A stretch of 63,785 nucleotides of DNA, the filler included, from Dicyema japonicum (taxonomy: Eukaryota > Animalia > Dicyemida), in assembly GCA_011109175.1 (NCBI GenBank). It is 10 parts of 10 records of this genome, joined end to end, with 100 filler letters (N's around TTAATTAATTAA, not from the genome) between each part and the next. Parts side by side here need not be neighbours in the genome. Positions count along the whole stretch, not along the records: positions 56,689 to 63,785 come from RDEW01000147.1; 9 more parts are not named here. One strand, written 5' to 3'. The stretch's first letter is position 1, and each line of letters starts with the position of its first letter. The notes below the pieces were generated by a model that had not been told where the DNA came from, made no database searches, and saw only the letters and a list, made by a program, of their open reading frames with translations. A program made the translations under genes and the position numbers. Below are positions 61,856-63,785 of this stretch, one piece after another.

Positions 61856-62360
61856 TATTAATCCCATTTAGTTTTCTATTGATTCCACTTAGTTTTCTGC
61901 TAATTCCACTTAGTTTTCTATTGATTCCACTTAGTTTTCTATTGATTCCACTTAGTTTGGTGTTAATCCCATTGATCAAGGAATCATTAGATCCTTCATT
62001 TCTGCTAATTCCACTTAGTTTTCTATTGATTCCACTTAGTTTTCTATTGATTCCACTTAGTTTGGTGTTAATCCCATTGATCAAGGAATCATTAGATCCT
62101 TCAAGGGACATTTTAATAAACTTAAATTTGAGTTTATGTTAGAAAAAATTGAAAATGGAGAAAATCCACTGGAAGCTCATAAAAAATTAACCTTAAAAGA
62201 CGGTCTTCTTTTTACATATTTTGCCTGGAAAAAAGTAACGACAAAAACAATTACAAATTGTTTCGGACATTCAAAATGGATGGAATGTGAAAATCAACTC
62301 GANTTTTCTATTGATTCCACTTAGTTTTCTATTGATTCCACTTAGTTTGGTGTTAATCCC
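61856..62360. repeat. 21-bp minisatellite ttgattccacttagttttcta, partly duplicated by assembly
   Basis: Directly visible tandem copies. Confidence 0.8.
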
Positions 62361-62933
62361 ATTGATCAAGGAATCATTAGATCCTTCAAAGGACATTTTA
62401 ATAAACTTAAATTTGAGTTTATGTTAGAAAAAATTGAAAATGGAGAAAATCCACTGGAAGCTCATAAAAAATTAACCTTAAAAGACGGTCTTCTTTTTAC
62501 ATATTTTGCCTGGAAAAAAGTAACGACAAAAACAATTACAAATTGTTTCGGACATTCAAAATGGATGGAATGTGAAAATCAACTCGAAAGACCAACTGTT
62601 GAAATTGATAATTATGATCAAATGGTAAATATCTTGAAAATATTGGACCCGGTGGATAAAGATGATTTTATTAATCATGAATTTACCGAAATAGATGAAA
62701 TTGAAGATTACCTTAATATTGCTGGAGATTCTTTCCCACAAAAATATGACGATGAAGATACTCATAATGACGAATCTCATGTGAATTCAGAAGAGGCTTT
62801 GAAAATGTTGAAAAGAATAAAGTCATTCTTTTATCAAAATGAAAATTTTGATATAAATTCGTTGGAACTAATCGACACCGTTATTAGAAATATGGCTGAA
62901 TTAAAAAAAACTATTAAAGATTATTTTAGTTAA
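62350..62933 (+). mobile_element. pogo/Tigger transposase C-terminal part
   Basis: P.DQGIIRSFK, AWKKVTTKTITNCF and KKTIKDYF motifs. Confidence 0.8.
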
Positions 62934-63785
62934 ATTTTTCCTTTTAATTTCTTTCGATTCTCTTTGTTTCTTTGCTCAAATATGACTTGGAAGGCTCACT
63001 TATGATCGGAAAGTATCGAAAACCGAGATGTTTTCAAAATTTCAAAGTCAAACATTTATTGATTATTTCCATTGCTCGCCAAATTCTATTGCTCGCCAAA
63101 TTCTATTGCTCGCCATTTTTTCTTCGGTCCCGAAAATGGCGAGCACCAGAGGTTTTACTGTATCTGTCCCGACTCCTTCTCGTAATAATCGGGGTTATCG
63201 GTGGCTTTGAGCATAACAATTTTTTAGACTAACAATTTTTTAACTATGAAAAATCAAATTTACCTTGCATGGTACACAACGAGAAATATCTTCCCTCGTG
63301 ACTCCATAAATCAATCTTCTCAGCTTTGAGAATAAACGGTCCCGTCCAAAGTGATTAAGATTATGTTCCGCCTAAATTATATTAGGATAAATTCTACTTC
63401 AATAAATTTGAGGTTCAGCTCCATTTCATCCTCGCAAAAAAAACTATCAGGAAATCTAATTTCTGAATTTTCTTCTTTGATATTTTGTATAATACTGAGA
63501 ATTTCTTTAGTTAGTCTCACTATCCGTAAACTTTCACGCTTCTTTATTTAAACTTAAAAAGACGGATTTTATTAAAATTAATAACTAATTAATCATTTCC
63601 AATGACGATTTGTATTAATTTATCCTTTTTTCGATATGATGTTTTGTCATTTTGATGTTGGCGTTTAATTAACTGCGTGTTCGTTTATCGAACTGTGACA
63701 ATATATATTAATAAATACAGTTTAATAAATATATTAATTCAATGTCTAACCAATGAGTTATTCACAATAAAATATGACCTTAATT

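Noticed and set aside
61579-62142. Hydrophobic LLIPLSF-repeat membrane protein
   Set aside because: It is a translation of the 21-bp minisatellite.

Overview
AT-rich eukaryotic (animal) nuclear DNA. It is not one locus: about ten unrelated scaffolds are joined by an artificial N-TTAATTAATTAA-N linker, and there is one long N gap (59301-59864). Host genes are UQCRH, a GH18 chitinase, CDK20, an MPDZ/PATJ-like multi-PDZ gene, an NK2-class homeobox, and SH3 and CCCH proteins. The multi-exon ones have tiny (about 23-33 nt) GT-AG introns. This suggests a reduced ciliated parasite such as a dicyemid mesozoan (inference). Most of the rest is decayed, nested transposons: Jockey/I-like, RTE-like, CRE and R4-like non-LTR elements, tRNA-headed SINEs, hAT, Tc1/pogo, MULE foldback, Merlin, Ginger-like and Helitron fragments, plus an 18S rRNA pseudogene. 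The main unexplained feature is the scaffold at 54074-56588. It holds three divergent ~700-nt non-coding units, two of which repeat head-to-tail (periods 694 and 732). They share invariant motifs, covarying stems and a pseudoknot, so they are candidate structured RNA or minicircle elements. Other points of interest are host-type mini-introns inside DNA transposases, a SINE family with different tRNA heads on one structured core, and an AUG-less LINE ORF2 overlapping a cUUCGg hairpin.
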